DNA of 64,000 nucleotides, from assembly GCA_028534125.1 (NCBI GenBank), contig CM052832.1:17114001-17178000 (forward strand). The letters run 5' to 3'. Each line of letters starts with the position of its first letter. Position 1 is the first letter of the stretch. Origin of the DNA: Lama glama (Eukaryota). A program made the position numbers and the translations under genes. Below the pieces are notes generated by a model. It searched no databases. It saw only the letters and a program-made list of their open reading frames with translations, and had not been told where the DNA came from. Shown in pieces: positions 1-11,939 of this stretch.

Positions 1-792
1 GTGAATGGTCAGCGGGGTGGGCAGCAAAAATAAAGGTCATTGGATGTGAGCAAATCAAGTTGCTGAAGGATCTCAGTGTTGATGGTCATCCACATAGTCC
101 TTGAAATCACCCAGGAGGATGGCAGGATGTGGGGTAAGGAAGAGCCTGCAAGCCTTGATGAATCGTCCTCAATGACTCATCCTCAGTGAATCAAGGGAGA
201 TGGCTCCGTGGAGGACAGCATGGAACAGCAAGAACGTGGATGACCAGAGCTCTACAAACAGATATTTTTATCTGACTCTTGGTGATCAAGCTCAGGAGGT
301 GGTGGTATGGAGTGAGGAAGGTGCCCACCTCACCCCGACCCGGAGACTCAAGGGAGCGCTCTCCCTTGAGAAGAAAGCCAAGGAACTGTGACTTTGGAGA
401 AAGTGACTTTTTATTAATAACACCACAGCCGACAGTGGACAAGTGGGATTAAGGAAAGATACTATGGAGTGAGAGCTGAACAAGAATGTTGGACCTTTCA
501 AAGCCTGAGCAGGCAGCTGTCATTAGTGTTACCCACTGCAGACTCCCCCAGTGTCAGTGCTGAGACCAGCCTGACTGGAGGGAAATTGGAAGAAAGTAGG
601 GTGGGCAGTTGGTGTTCCGACATGATGAGCAGATGCCATGGTCCTGTGACACCTCGATCCCGAAGTACTGGCATCTGGGGGTCTGGGAGGTCTCCAGTCT
701 GTGCGCTGACTCTCACTTCATATCATATTTACATCAGAGGCGCCAAGACTTTCCTCCTCCCCGTGCGCAAACAAGCCACACCTTTCACCAAC

Positions 793-999
793 CAAAGTCC
801 ATCTCGCCTTTCAGCTACCCTAGATTGGTCACGCAGCCGTGGAGAGGATGGGCCTCTTCACCTTTCCTCCCGTTTTACTAACACGTGAGTGTATATAATC
901 AGCAGAGTTTAAAAAGAACCATTCACCTGCTGGCCATCTCTCCAGATCTGGAGCCTGAGAAAATAACCTGAGGTCATAGCAGGAGAAGTTGAGGTAAGA
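793..999 (+). promoter_or_regulatory. TRIM40: Candidate TRIM40 promoter and non-coding first exon
   Basis: HNF4-type motif CAAAGTCCA at 793-801, TATATAA at 892-898 and a strong donor GAG|GTAAGA at 993/994; motif evidence only. Confidence 0.5.
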
Positions 1000-1856
1000 T
1001 CCCAAGAGAGCTTCTCTGAAGGAGGACTAGGCAAGAGGCTTGGGGATGAGGAAAGAGAAGTGAATGCCCAGTGTTTCAGGGAAGAGAGAACAGGGAGTAT
1101 TTCCTCCTTTGGGTCATCTTTGGAGATGATTTGAAAGTCAGGGAAAGGGTATGTTCAAATATTACACAGCTCTCTGGTCTGCTCTGTGTCCGGGTCTCTT
1201 TCTCTTTCCCTTTCCTTGTAGAATTTGTACAACCCTGAAGAGGATGCTGGTTGGGAGAATGAACAGCCGACAGAGATGCTGTTGCAAATGGTTGGGTAGT
1301 GGTTGATAGCAGTAGTCACATTCTTAGAGTGTGACCGTGCGCCTTCAAGCATCACAGGGTGGGAGAGGACACCCCATTTCCTGCCAGATTCTCTCAATTG
1401 AGGGCAAATCAGAGAAGACTTTCAAGTTTTTGATGCTCTGGTTTCTGACCAGGACACTCTGGCCTTTTAATTTTGAGCTGTAAAAATATTCACAGAAAGC
1501 TCTGAAGAGGGAAATCGAATTGGTTTTTGAATCACCTGCTTCCTCCAGGTGTATGAAAAATAAAGAATGATGTCTAGTAAAGACAAGGAAACTAGAGGGC
1601 ACATGTCAAAGCTGATGATTTATTTCTGAAACTCGTGCAGCATGGTGGTTTCTGTGGTCCGTGCTACGGCTCCATTGATGGAGAGCGGGCCGTTGCCTGA
1701 AGTTGGAGAGCTGAGTTGTGTCCTCTAAGCTGCTCCAGGGCTGCCTCCTTCCAGCAGGGCCACCTTCTCTGGACTGTCTAGTGCGGCAGAACTTCCAAAG
1801 CACCAGTGGGGAAGGAGGCCCTATAGGCTGGCGGCTGGTAGTGTATGGTGGAGCCC

Positions 1857-2210
1857 ATGTTCCCTTTGCGCCAGGACAGCCAGGATGAGGGCATTTGCCC
1901 CATCTGCCCCATCTGCCAAGAGTGCCTGAAGGAGGCGGTGAGCACTGACTGCGGACACCTCTTCTGTCGAATATGCCTGGCACGGCACCTGGAGGAGACC
2001 TCGGCCTCCGGAGTCCGCAGCTGTCCCCTCTGCCGAAAGCCCTGTTCCGAGGGGGTCCTGGGGGCTGGCTACACCTGCCACAGACACCAGAAGAAGGTGT
2101 GCTGGTTCTGTGAGGAGAGCAGACATCTTCTGTGTATGGAATGCCGGGTGTCCCCTGAACACAAGTCTCACTGTGAACTGGCCATTAAAAATGCCATCAG
2201 CCACTACAAG
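1857..2210 (+). CDS. TRIM40: TRIM40 coding exon 1 (RING + B-box)
   Basis: C3HC4 RING CPIC..CGHLFCRIC..CPLC followed by B-box CHRHQKK..FC..C..C..H..H; donor GTAAGG at 2211. Confidence 0.93.
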
Positions 2211-5200
2211 GTAAGGGGGGGGGTCATCACAGCCAACCACTGCCACCACCTCCCTGAGTTACTCCTTCTTACTCCCTGTCCAGTACTCCTGGCATATCCC
2301 AGAGGCTCGGTAACTGGCACTTTTCTTTGTCTCTTCAGCTTCATCCTATTTTGGACCCTTGTCTTTGCTTTTCTGTGTTTATTTTGCTACTGATGTTAAA
2401 GTTTCAATGCATGCATCTAAGAGGGGATACTGACACTGTGATGTCAGATTCTCAGGAAGCATGAGCTCCTCTCACTTCGCTCATCTGTAGAAGGAAGGAG
2501 TGGGACTAGATAATGCAAAACTCTTTTAGTTCTAAAACTATATGGTTCCCCTGGTTGTTTGTACTAGAAAATTCGCTAGAAATGTAATCAGGTTTTACAT
2601 ATGTTAACAATTATCTTGCACATAGGTTGAAACTTGGAAATTAGTACATGATTCTCTCTTTCTCTTCCCTCTTCCTTTGTCTTTTCTTTCCTTCCTTCCT
2701 TTCTATAGTGATTACTTTATCTTATTTTATTTTTTTATCATAAAAGTGGTACATTCAGACAACACTGTAAGGTATAAAATGAAAACTAAAAATCTTCCTG
2801 ATTTCCTCCATTCTCAGTCCTCAGAGGTAATCACTATTAGATTTTGTGTATCATTCTTCTAGAAAATTGTGTGTGTGTAAATTTACTCTAACACACACAC
2901 ACAAAGTTTCTTTCTATTGTATTTTTCTGTAACTCATTTTTAATATCTAAAAATACATCTTGGACATTAATCTGTTTTCCCATCAGTACATATAGATCTT
3001 ATGAATTCTTTTCAACAACTTCATGGTTTTGCATTATCTCCTCCAACCCCAGCCTCCACCTGTACATGTCCAGCAATGCGGGATTCTTCTTCTTTTCCTG
3101 AAGCAACACATTTTAAGTGTTTTAAAGAGGAAATGAGGTAAAATGACAAAAATAAAAAATGTACCAATAAAGAGCCAACAACAAAAAAAACTACCCCCCA
3201 CCCATTTTTTCCTGACCTGAGGTGAGAAGGATTTACTTAATGAAACACATACTCTCTGTGTTTTGTTTTGTTTGGTGGGGAAGTAATTAGATTTACTTAT
3301 TAATTTTAATGGAGATACTGGGGGTTGAACCCAGGACCTCACACATGCTAGGCAGGCACTCTACCGCTGACCTATACTCTCATCCCCTACCCTCTTCATT
3401 TAATAGCACATTCTTATTTTTAGTCCACAAATCCCACCCCCCTTTTTTTCTGGTTTGTTCATTCCATTTAATCATCTTTCCTTCTTCTCCATGGGCAACC
3501 ACTTAAAGTGTTCATTCTATTTTTATTTGTAGACAGTTTGGTAACATACACATTGCTGCATTGGGTGCTTGTGTATTAACAAAATAACATCATAGGCCTC
3601 ATTCTATTTCTTGTTTTTCCAACCTACCATGCTTTTTAAGATCCGTGCATGTCTTATGGGTCACGTAGTCCATTGTTTCTGACAGCTGCATAGCAGTCCA
3701 CAGCGGCACGTGCAGCATTTTACTCATCCATCTCCCTGGGAGTGGACTTTACAAAACTCCAGGTCTCTGTTACCACAAACAACATTGTAGTGTGCACGTC
3801 CCCTTAGAACCTAAGTGAGGAATTTTCTAGGATTTTTACCCAGAAACAGGACGACTGGATCATAGTGGATAGCACACTTAGATGACCAGGACCCTCTCCA
3901 GAATGGCTGCACCAGCGTACACCTCAGAGCCCACAGTGTGGTCCTCATATCCACATACATCCCCCACCCCCAGGCATTATCCAGCTGTCTAATTTTTATT
4001 AATCTGATGGGAGTCAAATAATATTTCATCGTTATGTTAATTTCCATTTCTCTAATCACTGGTGAGTTTGGGCATCAATTCATTCTCTCTTCTGTGAATT
4101 AATTGCTCATATTCTTTGCAAATTTTTCTCTTGGGTTCTTGTCCGTGTTGATTTCTAGGCTTTCCTACTATAGTCTGTATATAAGTCTCTTGTTAGTTTC
4201 AGGCATGGCAGCTATTATCTCTAATCTGTCATTTCTCTGTTAATTTTGTCCATAGTGTTGTCACTGAAGAGAAATGTTTAATTTTGAGGCAATCAAATTA
4301 AATAATTATCATGATTTGTGTTTCGAGGGTTTAGTTAAGACATCTTTCCCTACTCCAAGGTCACAAATGTATTCTCTAACATTATTTTCGATTAACTTCA
4401 TAGTTTTCCTTTCACACTTAGGTCTTTAATCCATCTGGAGTATACCTTCACACATGTTTCTAGGTGGGGATCTGGCTGTATGTTTCTCCGTTGTTGTAGC
4501 CAGTTTTGTTTTTTTTTTCTTTAATGGAGGTGCTGGGTAATGAACACAGGACTCGAACATGCTAAGTGCGCACTCTCCCCCTGAGCTATACCTCCACCCG
4601 CTGTAAGCCCATTTTCTCAACACTATCCCCCTACAGATTCTGTCCCTTTTATCACTGATCTGTGTACTACTTTTTCTTCTTATTTTATTTTATTTTCTTC
4701 CAGTTTCATTTATTTATTTACTTCTTGTATTTTGATGAAGTAGCATATTTTGTAGCAATTTGAAATGCTTTATTTTGTGATTTCCTGGTGAACTCATTGG
4801 GAAAGGTACATTTCTTTCTTTTGTGTGTGTGTATATATGTTTTTATTGAAGTCAGTTTACAATATTGTGTCAATTTCTGGTGTACAGCGTAGTGCTTCAT
4901 CATACGGAACACACATATATTCATTTTCATATTCTTTTTCACCATAAGTTACTACAAGATATTGAATATAGTTCCCTGTGCTATACAGTAGAAGCTTGTC
5001 TTCCAATTTTACTGAGATATAATTAACATACAGTACTATATAAGTTTAAGGTGTGCAGTATAATGATTTGACTTACATGCATCATAATATGATCACTACA
5101 ATAAGTTTAGTGAACATCCATTATCTCATGTAGATACAAAAGTAAAGAAATAGAAAAAAATTTTTCCTTATGATAAGAACTTAGGATATTTATTCTCTTA

Positions 5201-8054
5201 ACAACTTCCATATGTAACATACAGCAGTGTTAATTATATTTATCATGTTGTCCATTTCATCCCTAGTACTTATTCATCTAATAACTGGAAGATTGTGCAT
5301 TTTGACTACCTTCATACAATGACCTCCCCCCCACTTCTGGTAACCACAGATCTGATCTCTTTCTCTATGTTTGTTTGTTTGTTTGTTTGTTTTGGAAGTA
5401 TAATTGACCCACAACACTTTGTTAGTTCCTGTTACACAACATAGTGATTCAGTATTTCTATTCATTTCAAAACGATCACTGGGATAAGTCTAGTTGCAGT
5501 GTGTCACTATACAAGGATATCTCATAGTTATTGACTGTATTCTCCACACGTACATTCATACCTGTGGCTCATGCATTTCAACTTTTTCTTCGTAAATTCT
5601 TTTGTGAACACAAATCTGTACCTGAGCTCTCTCTTCTTTCATTTTCTGTTTGTTCTTGTCCCAGTACCACACCGTTTTGTTATGATGGCTATGTATGCCC
5701 TTTTATCTGGTCGGGCAAATACATTCTGTAACTAAGCTGACTAGAGGTTCTAAGAAGAATGTTTCCAGACTCTTTTGCTGACACCCTCATCCTGCACCTT
5801 TCTTCCATTTTGATTACTTAAAGGCCTATGTTGATATCAGTATCAGCTTTGTTTATGTTTCCTTCCTACATAGTTTATCAAAAACCAGAAAGCGAATCTT
5901 TTACAAACTGAAATCATTCATTATGTCTTTAGCTTCTGGGACACAGTGACCCCTCCTGACACTGATTTAAGATTTAGAGAGATGTCCCATGCTTTCCTGG
6001 TCTATGGGTTTGCCTCCAACAGAGGATTCTTGCCCATCCCAGCCAGAATGCGGGAGTGGTATATGAGGCTTTGAGTCACCTCTGTAAGTCAGTTCTCTCT
6101 AGACTGGCTTCACTTGTTAATGGGAAGTAGTAAGAATTATCAGTGATCAGCACACAACTCTAAGATGTTGACAGAAAAATATCCTGAAGTCAAGTAGAAA
6201 AGGTTCTGTTACTGTTATTTTTGTGTAGTTAAGACTTTTTAAAAATTACCCATTGCTTTCCCCCATCGTTATCCATGAAATAAACTCTCGTGCTCCTTAC
6301 CCCAAGCATGATGCCTGGAAGGCTGCCTCTTTTCAGGCAGTATGTTACTCTAGCCTCATCTTGTGATCAGAACCCCTACCATCTGTCCCGAGGGCACCGC
6401 CCTCATCCCCAGTCTGACCAGCACAGGTATCTGTCTCTCTAGGAACGACTCAATCGCAGGAGCAGGAAGCTCAGAAAGGACATCTGCGAACTCCAGCGGC
6501 TCAGGGCTCAGGAGGAGGAGAAACTGCAGGCTGTGCAGGTGGGGCTCAGAGTCCTGGGAAGGACTTCCGGTTCCGGCCATCTGTCTGTCTGGAGCAGTCT
6601 GCTGTCGGGGGAGGTCTTGGAGGCTGGAAACATGGGAGCTGGGCTCTCAGCCTCGGGGTTTGCTGGCTGAGTGACCTGGGGCAAGGCAAGCCCTCTGATC
6701 TTCACGTGGTTTATATGTTCATTGAAAGCCAGTCCTGCCCTACTTGGCTCACAGTGAGAATCAAAGGAGACAAGCAGCCCCACAACTGCAAGTTGCTACA
6801 CAAACCAAGGTCTCCTTCTCGTCTCTGACCAGCTATCTTCCTGCTGAGTGGGGTGTGTGCAGGTGTGAGCATGTGCGCACTACCCACGTGTGACATGGGA
6901 TCTATGGATGTTCACAGGAGTGCAAGGTGGGGAGGGGAGGTGTCCCTGCCTTCAAGAGGAATACAGCTGCCTCTCCAATACCTGTGATGTGCAGAGGCAA
7001 CACCATGATGTGGGGAGGACTGAGGAATCAACATTCTCACTCAACATTCAGAGACTGAGGGTTGGGGAGCCATGTGTCATTGACTCTTAGGGAGTCCGTT
7101 TTCTATAGTTTCAGGTAGACTGTGGGACCCACAGGCTGGAGACTGAGTTGGAGACCCAGCACCAAACCCGGAGACAGCTGGAGGTCCTCTCTCAGCAGCA
7201 GCCAGACCAGTTGGAGGACATGCCAGCAGAGATGTCCAGAATCTTTGACATCTCCAGGGCAATAGTGCAACTCAGCAGGCTGGTCACTGATCTGGAGAGG
7301 ATGGCCAAGAAACTGGATGCCAACCTGCTGAAGGTGCAGGCCCTAAGGCACTTCCCAAGGCCCAGGACTCTCCCCAAACAGCTTACCTGTAGCATCCTTC
7401 TGAGAGGTGTAAGGAGAGGCTTCTCTGTGACATGTGGCAATGGCTTGTCCAAGTTGCAGCAGAGCAGGGTACATGAAAGGGGTGTTATTCCCTCTTGTTC
7501 TCAAGGTGACAGCCCAGAGGGACATCCACTAGTGGGTGGGAGAGGGGGAATTTGGAGGTGACATGAACCTGAGAACTGATTGTGATTCTCACTCTCTTTC
7601 TCCTAGGATGCCAGTTACTTATTGAACAGGTATGAGCCATCCCATCTTCCTTCCCACAGGTGCTTATACACACAAACCCACCCAAACATAGACATGTGCA
7701 TGGGCTTTATCAAAGTCAAGGAGTGCCACTATGCCATTAACCTGCATCTTCATGCTACTTGGACAGTGGAAGGTCCAACAGAATATACTGAATGATTTCT
7801 TTGTTTCTAGGAGCACACCAGAGCAATTAGAGGCTGTTTATCCTAACTTAGAGAAGAGACTTGACGAATCACTTGTTCAGCCATCCTCGGCAGATCTGAC
7901 CTGTTCATCCCTGGGCCACCTCATCTCAGACTCACCTCAGCCTCCTGGCTTTCATTCTCCCAACCTGTCCAGCCTCCCACTGAGTCTACCTAGTGCGCCT
8001 TCAGTCCTGCCCTGTCCTGAATATGATCCCCTCTCCTCATCCCCACAGTTGTGA
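1857..8054 (+). CDS. TRIM40: TRIM40 (RING, B-box, coiled-coil, no B30.2); gene span of 5 coding exons, about 313 aa (317 aa from the in-frame ATG at 1845)
   Basis: Exons 1857-2210, 6443-6538, 7109-7333, 7607-7629 and 7811-8054 are all GT-AG and join in frame. The translation MFPLRQDSQDEGIC...HYK|ERLNRRSRKLRKDI...|FQVD...|DASYLLNR|STPEQLE matches recalled human TRIM40, and the gene sits next to TRIM10. Confidence 0.93.
3260..3387 (-). mobile_element. tRNA-Ala-derived SINE (camelid Vic-1-like, long tail)
   Basis: Reverse complement reads tatagGtcagcggtagagtgcctgcctagcatgtgtgaggtcctgggttcaacccccagtatctcca plus an A-rich tail. Confidence 0.8.
3540..4500 (-). mobile_element. Old L1 (L1M-type) 3' fragment
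   Basis: Degenerate ORF2 C-terminus-like translation (IREMEINITMKYYLTPIRL...LVQPFW...YDPVVLFLG) on the - strand; boundaries approximate. Confidence 0.7.
4503..4600 (-). mobile_element. Vic-1-like SINE
   Basis: Same tRNA-Ala-like head with a poly-T run on the + strand. Confidence 0.75.
4815..5560 (-). mobile_element. Stacked L1 3'-end fragments
   Basis: Typical L1 3'UTR phrases (gatattgaatatagttccctgtgctatacagtag; gagatataattaacatacag; cacttctggtaaccac); boundaries approximate. Confidence 0.65.
6443..6538 (+). CDS. TRIM40: TRIM40 coding exon 2 (96 nt, coiled coil)
   Basis: ctctctag|GAA...CAG|gtgggg; ERLNRRSRKLRKDICELQRLRAQEEEKLQAVQ. Confidence 0.92.
7109..7333 (+). CDS. TRIM40: TRIM40 coding exon 3 (225 nt)
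   Basis: tctatag|TTT...AAG|gtgcag; FQVDCGTHRLE...KLDANLLK. Confidence 0.88.
7607..7629 (+). CDS. TRIM40: TRIM40 coding exon 4 (23-nt micro-exon)
   Basis: tttctcctag|GATGCCAGTTACTTATTGAACAG|gtatga; same size as the 23-nt exon of TRIM15 and TRIM26. Confidence 0.88.
7811..8054 (+). CDS. TRIM40: TRIM40 last coding exon
   Basis: tttctag|G AGC ACA CCA...; STPEQLEAVYPNLEK... to TGA at 8052-8054. Confidence 0.82.
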
Positions 8055-8361
8055 ATGGATGCCTGACCCTCTGACTCCTGGACAGTTTCACAGCCTATTT
8101 CCTGAACCAGGCTCCTGCCTGTGGCTCCCACTGCACAGGTCAGGATCCAAGATCTCCGTTTTGCCTGTGAACTGATGGTAGCACCCATCTCTCACAATCT
8201 CATATTAAACTCGGAGTCCCCAGGAAAGTGGATGGCATGAGCTCACTAGTGGTGAGGCCACTCTGCCTATGGAGTGGGCATGTCTGTTGGAAGGAATGCT
8301 CCTTCTGAGCTCCTGTAGCACCTGTTGTCTGTACCACTCACCTGGAACTTACATTATTTTT

Positions 8362-8955
8362 ATGGTGGGCAGACTCTACTGTGACCCCACCATGGTTCTC
8401 GCTTTTTGGTGTTCATGCCTTCATGTGATTCCATGACTTGCTTCTAATCAATGGAATATGGCAAAGGGGATGAGATGTCACTCCCATGATTAGGTTATGT
8501 TATATGGCAACGGGGATAGAATATCACTTCAGTGACCGTTACACTGGATGGGACTCCTCCTTGTTAACAGACTCACTCTTGAGACTCTCCTTGCTCTGCA
8601 GATGAAGTACGTGACCCTGTGGCCAGCAGGCAGCCTCTAGGAGCTGAGAGCAGTCTCCAGCTTTCAGCCAACAAGAAGCAGGGGCCCTCAGACCTGCAGT
8701 TGCAAGAAAATTAATTCTGCCAGCAGCCTAAGTGAATTTGGAAGGGGATTTTTCCCTAGTTGAGCCTCCAGATGAGAACCCAGCCCAGCTGATACCTCAA
8801 TGGCAGCCTTGTGAGACCCTAAGCAGAGAACACAAATTTCTGACCCACAGAAACTGTGAAGCAATAGCTATCATAGAAACAATGATAGAATAAATGTGTG
8901 TTGTTTTAAGATACTACATTTTATGGTAATTTTAATGGAGCAATGAGTAATACAT
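8362..8955 (+). mobile_element. MaLR LTR (MLT1E-like)
   Basis: gatgtcactcccatgattaggtta; cagcctctaggagctgagag; ttctgacccacagaaactgtga; ataaatgtgtgttgttttaag...taataca. Confidence 0.7.
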
Positions 8956-10289
8956 TTTTATATTAATTACTTGTGCATCGCTTCTTTGGTTAAGGACAGT
9001 TCTCTGTCTTTGTGCCCCCAGGGTTCAGGAGAGTAACTAGCTCATAGTTGGAGTCCAGTGAAATTTATTAAGTGGATGCATGAGTGAATTAATAGAAAGT
9101 ATAAGGGCCTTCTTGATGTTGAGCTTCTTACTAGTCTTTATGGAACCCTTACAGAAGTAGTCAATACTATACTAAGTACTGAAAGATATAAAGAATAAAA
9201 CATGGCTACAAGGAGTGGCTGCATTATGGTGGAAAGAGTAAAAACTCAAGAATCAGACTTGACTGGGAGAGACTCGGACAGAGGAGAGAGAGTGAGGCTG
9301 GCAAAGCCAGGGCTGGCTTCATGGGGCTGGGATTGGACAGGCAGGAGAGGAAGGCGGGAGAGAAGGGTGAGCATCCAGGATCCAGGCTGGGATACTGCAC
9401 AAGTGAAAGCGTGGCGGCAGGGAGAAGCCACAGCACGTTTGCAGTACAGGAGACTGACCCAGTCAGTCTGGAACACCCGGGAGTGGGGAGGATCAGAAGC
9501 CAAGCAGAGGGTTAGATGACTGACACCAAGACATAGGTAGCCATCAAAGGCTTTTGAATTAGGAGTGAAGGGAACAAGAGGTGTTTAAGGAGAACCAGTC
9601 TGGACTCTGGGTGCTAGAAGGATTGAGGGCAGGGAGTTGAGGGCTAAAGGGGAGAAAGGAGAAGAACCTAGTGTGGATGTTCAGAAAAAGAAGTTACTAG
9701 ACAGGAAGCTATAGGTCTCAGGGAAACATGAGACCCACAAGTCTACAAACAAGACATTGGCCAAGGAAAAAATACCTCTGGAGGTGATAGCTAACAATTC
9801 CCGTGTTCTAGCTGGGGTTAAAGTCTCACAAGAGAATTTGTCCAGAAGCATCCTACCAGGACTGGGAGGAGACTGACAAGCTCTCTGGGTCTCTCTCCAC
9901 TGGAGACAGTCAGTTACCTTGCAGGTGCTGCCAGGCCCTCTGTCCTTTTCTGTTGTGACTACAGGTGATTGGGCCAGTGGTCATCTGAGCTGCATATGAT
10001 TGGCCAAATCAGCCTATAAGCTGTCCTGCCGAGAAAGATCTTATCAAAAAGGGACTATGATGATTAACTGATCATCGGGTTTTCTTGGAAATTCAGAATG
10101 GATCTATGATGAATGCATCACTAGTTGGCAGGAAGAGCAGCAGTAGAGAGAATCACAGCTGCACATGTGGCCGTGTCCTACAGCAGACGTCCATGGTCCA
10201 CGTCGCTGAGTGGCCACAGGTTAATCTAGTCTCTAGGCTGCCTTGGACCTCAAGTCCCCTTCCCACAGTTCTTGGATGTACACAGGCTG

Positions 10290-10550
10290 TATGGCTTAAT
10301 GGTCATGAGCATCGACTTTGGAGCCAAACCGTCTGTCTAATGTCTAGCGTCTAGTGTGTATTATTGCTGTGTTATTTACTATCTGCTGATTTAGGACTAG
10401 TTACCCAACCTCCATACGTCTCAGTTCTCTCATGTATAAAACAAGGCTATTAATAATAATACCTACCTCTTGGGTTGTTGTGAGGATTAAATGAGTTAAT
10501 ATATAAAAATATTTATTACAATGACTGGCCAGAGTGAACTCTATATGTTG
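10290..10550 (-). mobile_element. MIR SINE
   Basis: ctcagttctctcatgtataaaac...aataatacctacctcttgggttgttgtgaggattaaatgag (MIR core). Confidence 0.65.
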
Positions 10551-11933
10551 TTGTTGTTTTAAGATCTCTAGTTCTTCCTTTGGGAACTACTTGTGTTTCC
10601 CCATCACTCCCACCACCCTCACCATAGCTTTCCGCGAGACCTGATAATGGTGCAAAAATCCCATTTTCCTCATTTACATGTCTGTCCTTGTAATAAATGT
10701 TCCTATTATCTGAACTAACTTGAGCTAGCCTCCATTCCTTATAATAGAAGGAGCTGCCGCAGTGTAAGATGTGAATAAACCAGGTAAACTTGTGAATGTC
10801 TCAAGAAAGGTGCCCCAATCCTTTGGAGTCTTGGAGAGGGTGATCGGGAGGTTGGGGCTCCGGACTTAAGCACTTCTCTGGGGGAGGGAAGCCCGAGTCC
10901 AGAGTCTGTGACAAGTAGAGCATGCAGGCTCAGGGAGCTGCCTTATCTTGAAGTTATTGTGTTTTAGGACCTACGCACTTTCTCCGCAGTGAGCCCACAC
11001 TCCAAAACAAGTCAACTTCCAAGTAAAATTACCCTGGGAGAGAAGCAAGTGCTCATAGACCAACATGAGTATTTTCATTCACTAGAAGTTTTATTTCTCA
11101 GTGTAAGAAATATAAATTGTCTTGCTGAATCCAATTCCCTCGTGGGGAATGCGGCCAGCAGTAAAATATTCACACCCACCAGGGCACTCGTTTCTGACCA
11201 AGGCAACCCAGTGGTTGAGAGCGTTTGAGTCAGATGTGGATTAAAATCCTGGCTGCATGATCTTGGCTGAGTAAGTAACCAAAATTCCCCTGACCTCAGC
11301 TTTTTAAACTTTAAATTGGGGATACTAATAGGAGCTGCCTGGCAGGGTTACCAAGGGTAGGTGACATAATACACACCCAGCCCTCCAACAGGACAAGGTC
11401 TTCGTACACACTTACCCTGGAGGATAATAGTCATTTTAAAAGACCCAGCTAAAATCAAAAAAAAAAAAAAAAAAACAGAAAAATACAATCCACTTTTTGT
11501 TGGAATCCCAGGTTTGGGGGCTTTCGGTATGTTATACCATTATTTAGGGACTTGAGTGTGCTTATTTTTTTTAAAAAATATACAAACCTTTCATATGAAA
11601 TACTGAACACACCCAGCTAAAGGAACCGAACTTGCCTCCAATTCCTGTCTCTTGATCTCCCAGTCTTTTCTACCTGCTAACCTGAGGGTAAAGCGCAGGA
11701 CTTTGGGGATGATTTTTAAGCCTGGGCCTCAATCCACTGTGCCCACCCTCTCTGAGGTTGCACCTGGATGGTTCGCTCCCCCAGGGGCCCTGGGGGCAGA
11801 TGATAGAACCTTTTAGTTTTTGTCTGAGCAGAGACAACAGAGAGAGTGTTCAAGAGCTGGTCAGTGAAGGGTATGTTTAAGCAGAATAAATGATACCACC
11901 AACAAAAACTAGAAAATAAGGTAAGACAGTGCT

Positions 11934-11939
11934 TTTATT
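11934..11939 (-). terminator. Candidate TRIM10 polyadenylation signal (AATAAA)
   Basis: tttatt on the + strand, about 1.4 kb downstream of the TRIM10 stop. Confidence 0.5.
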
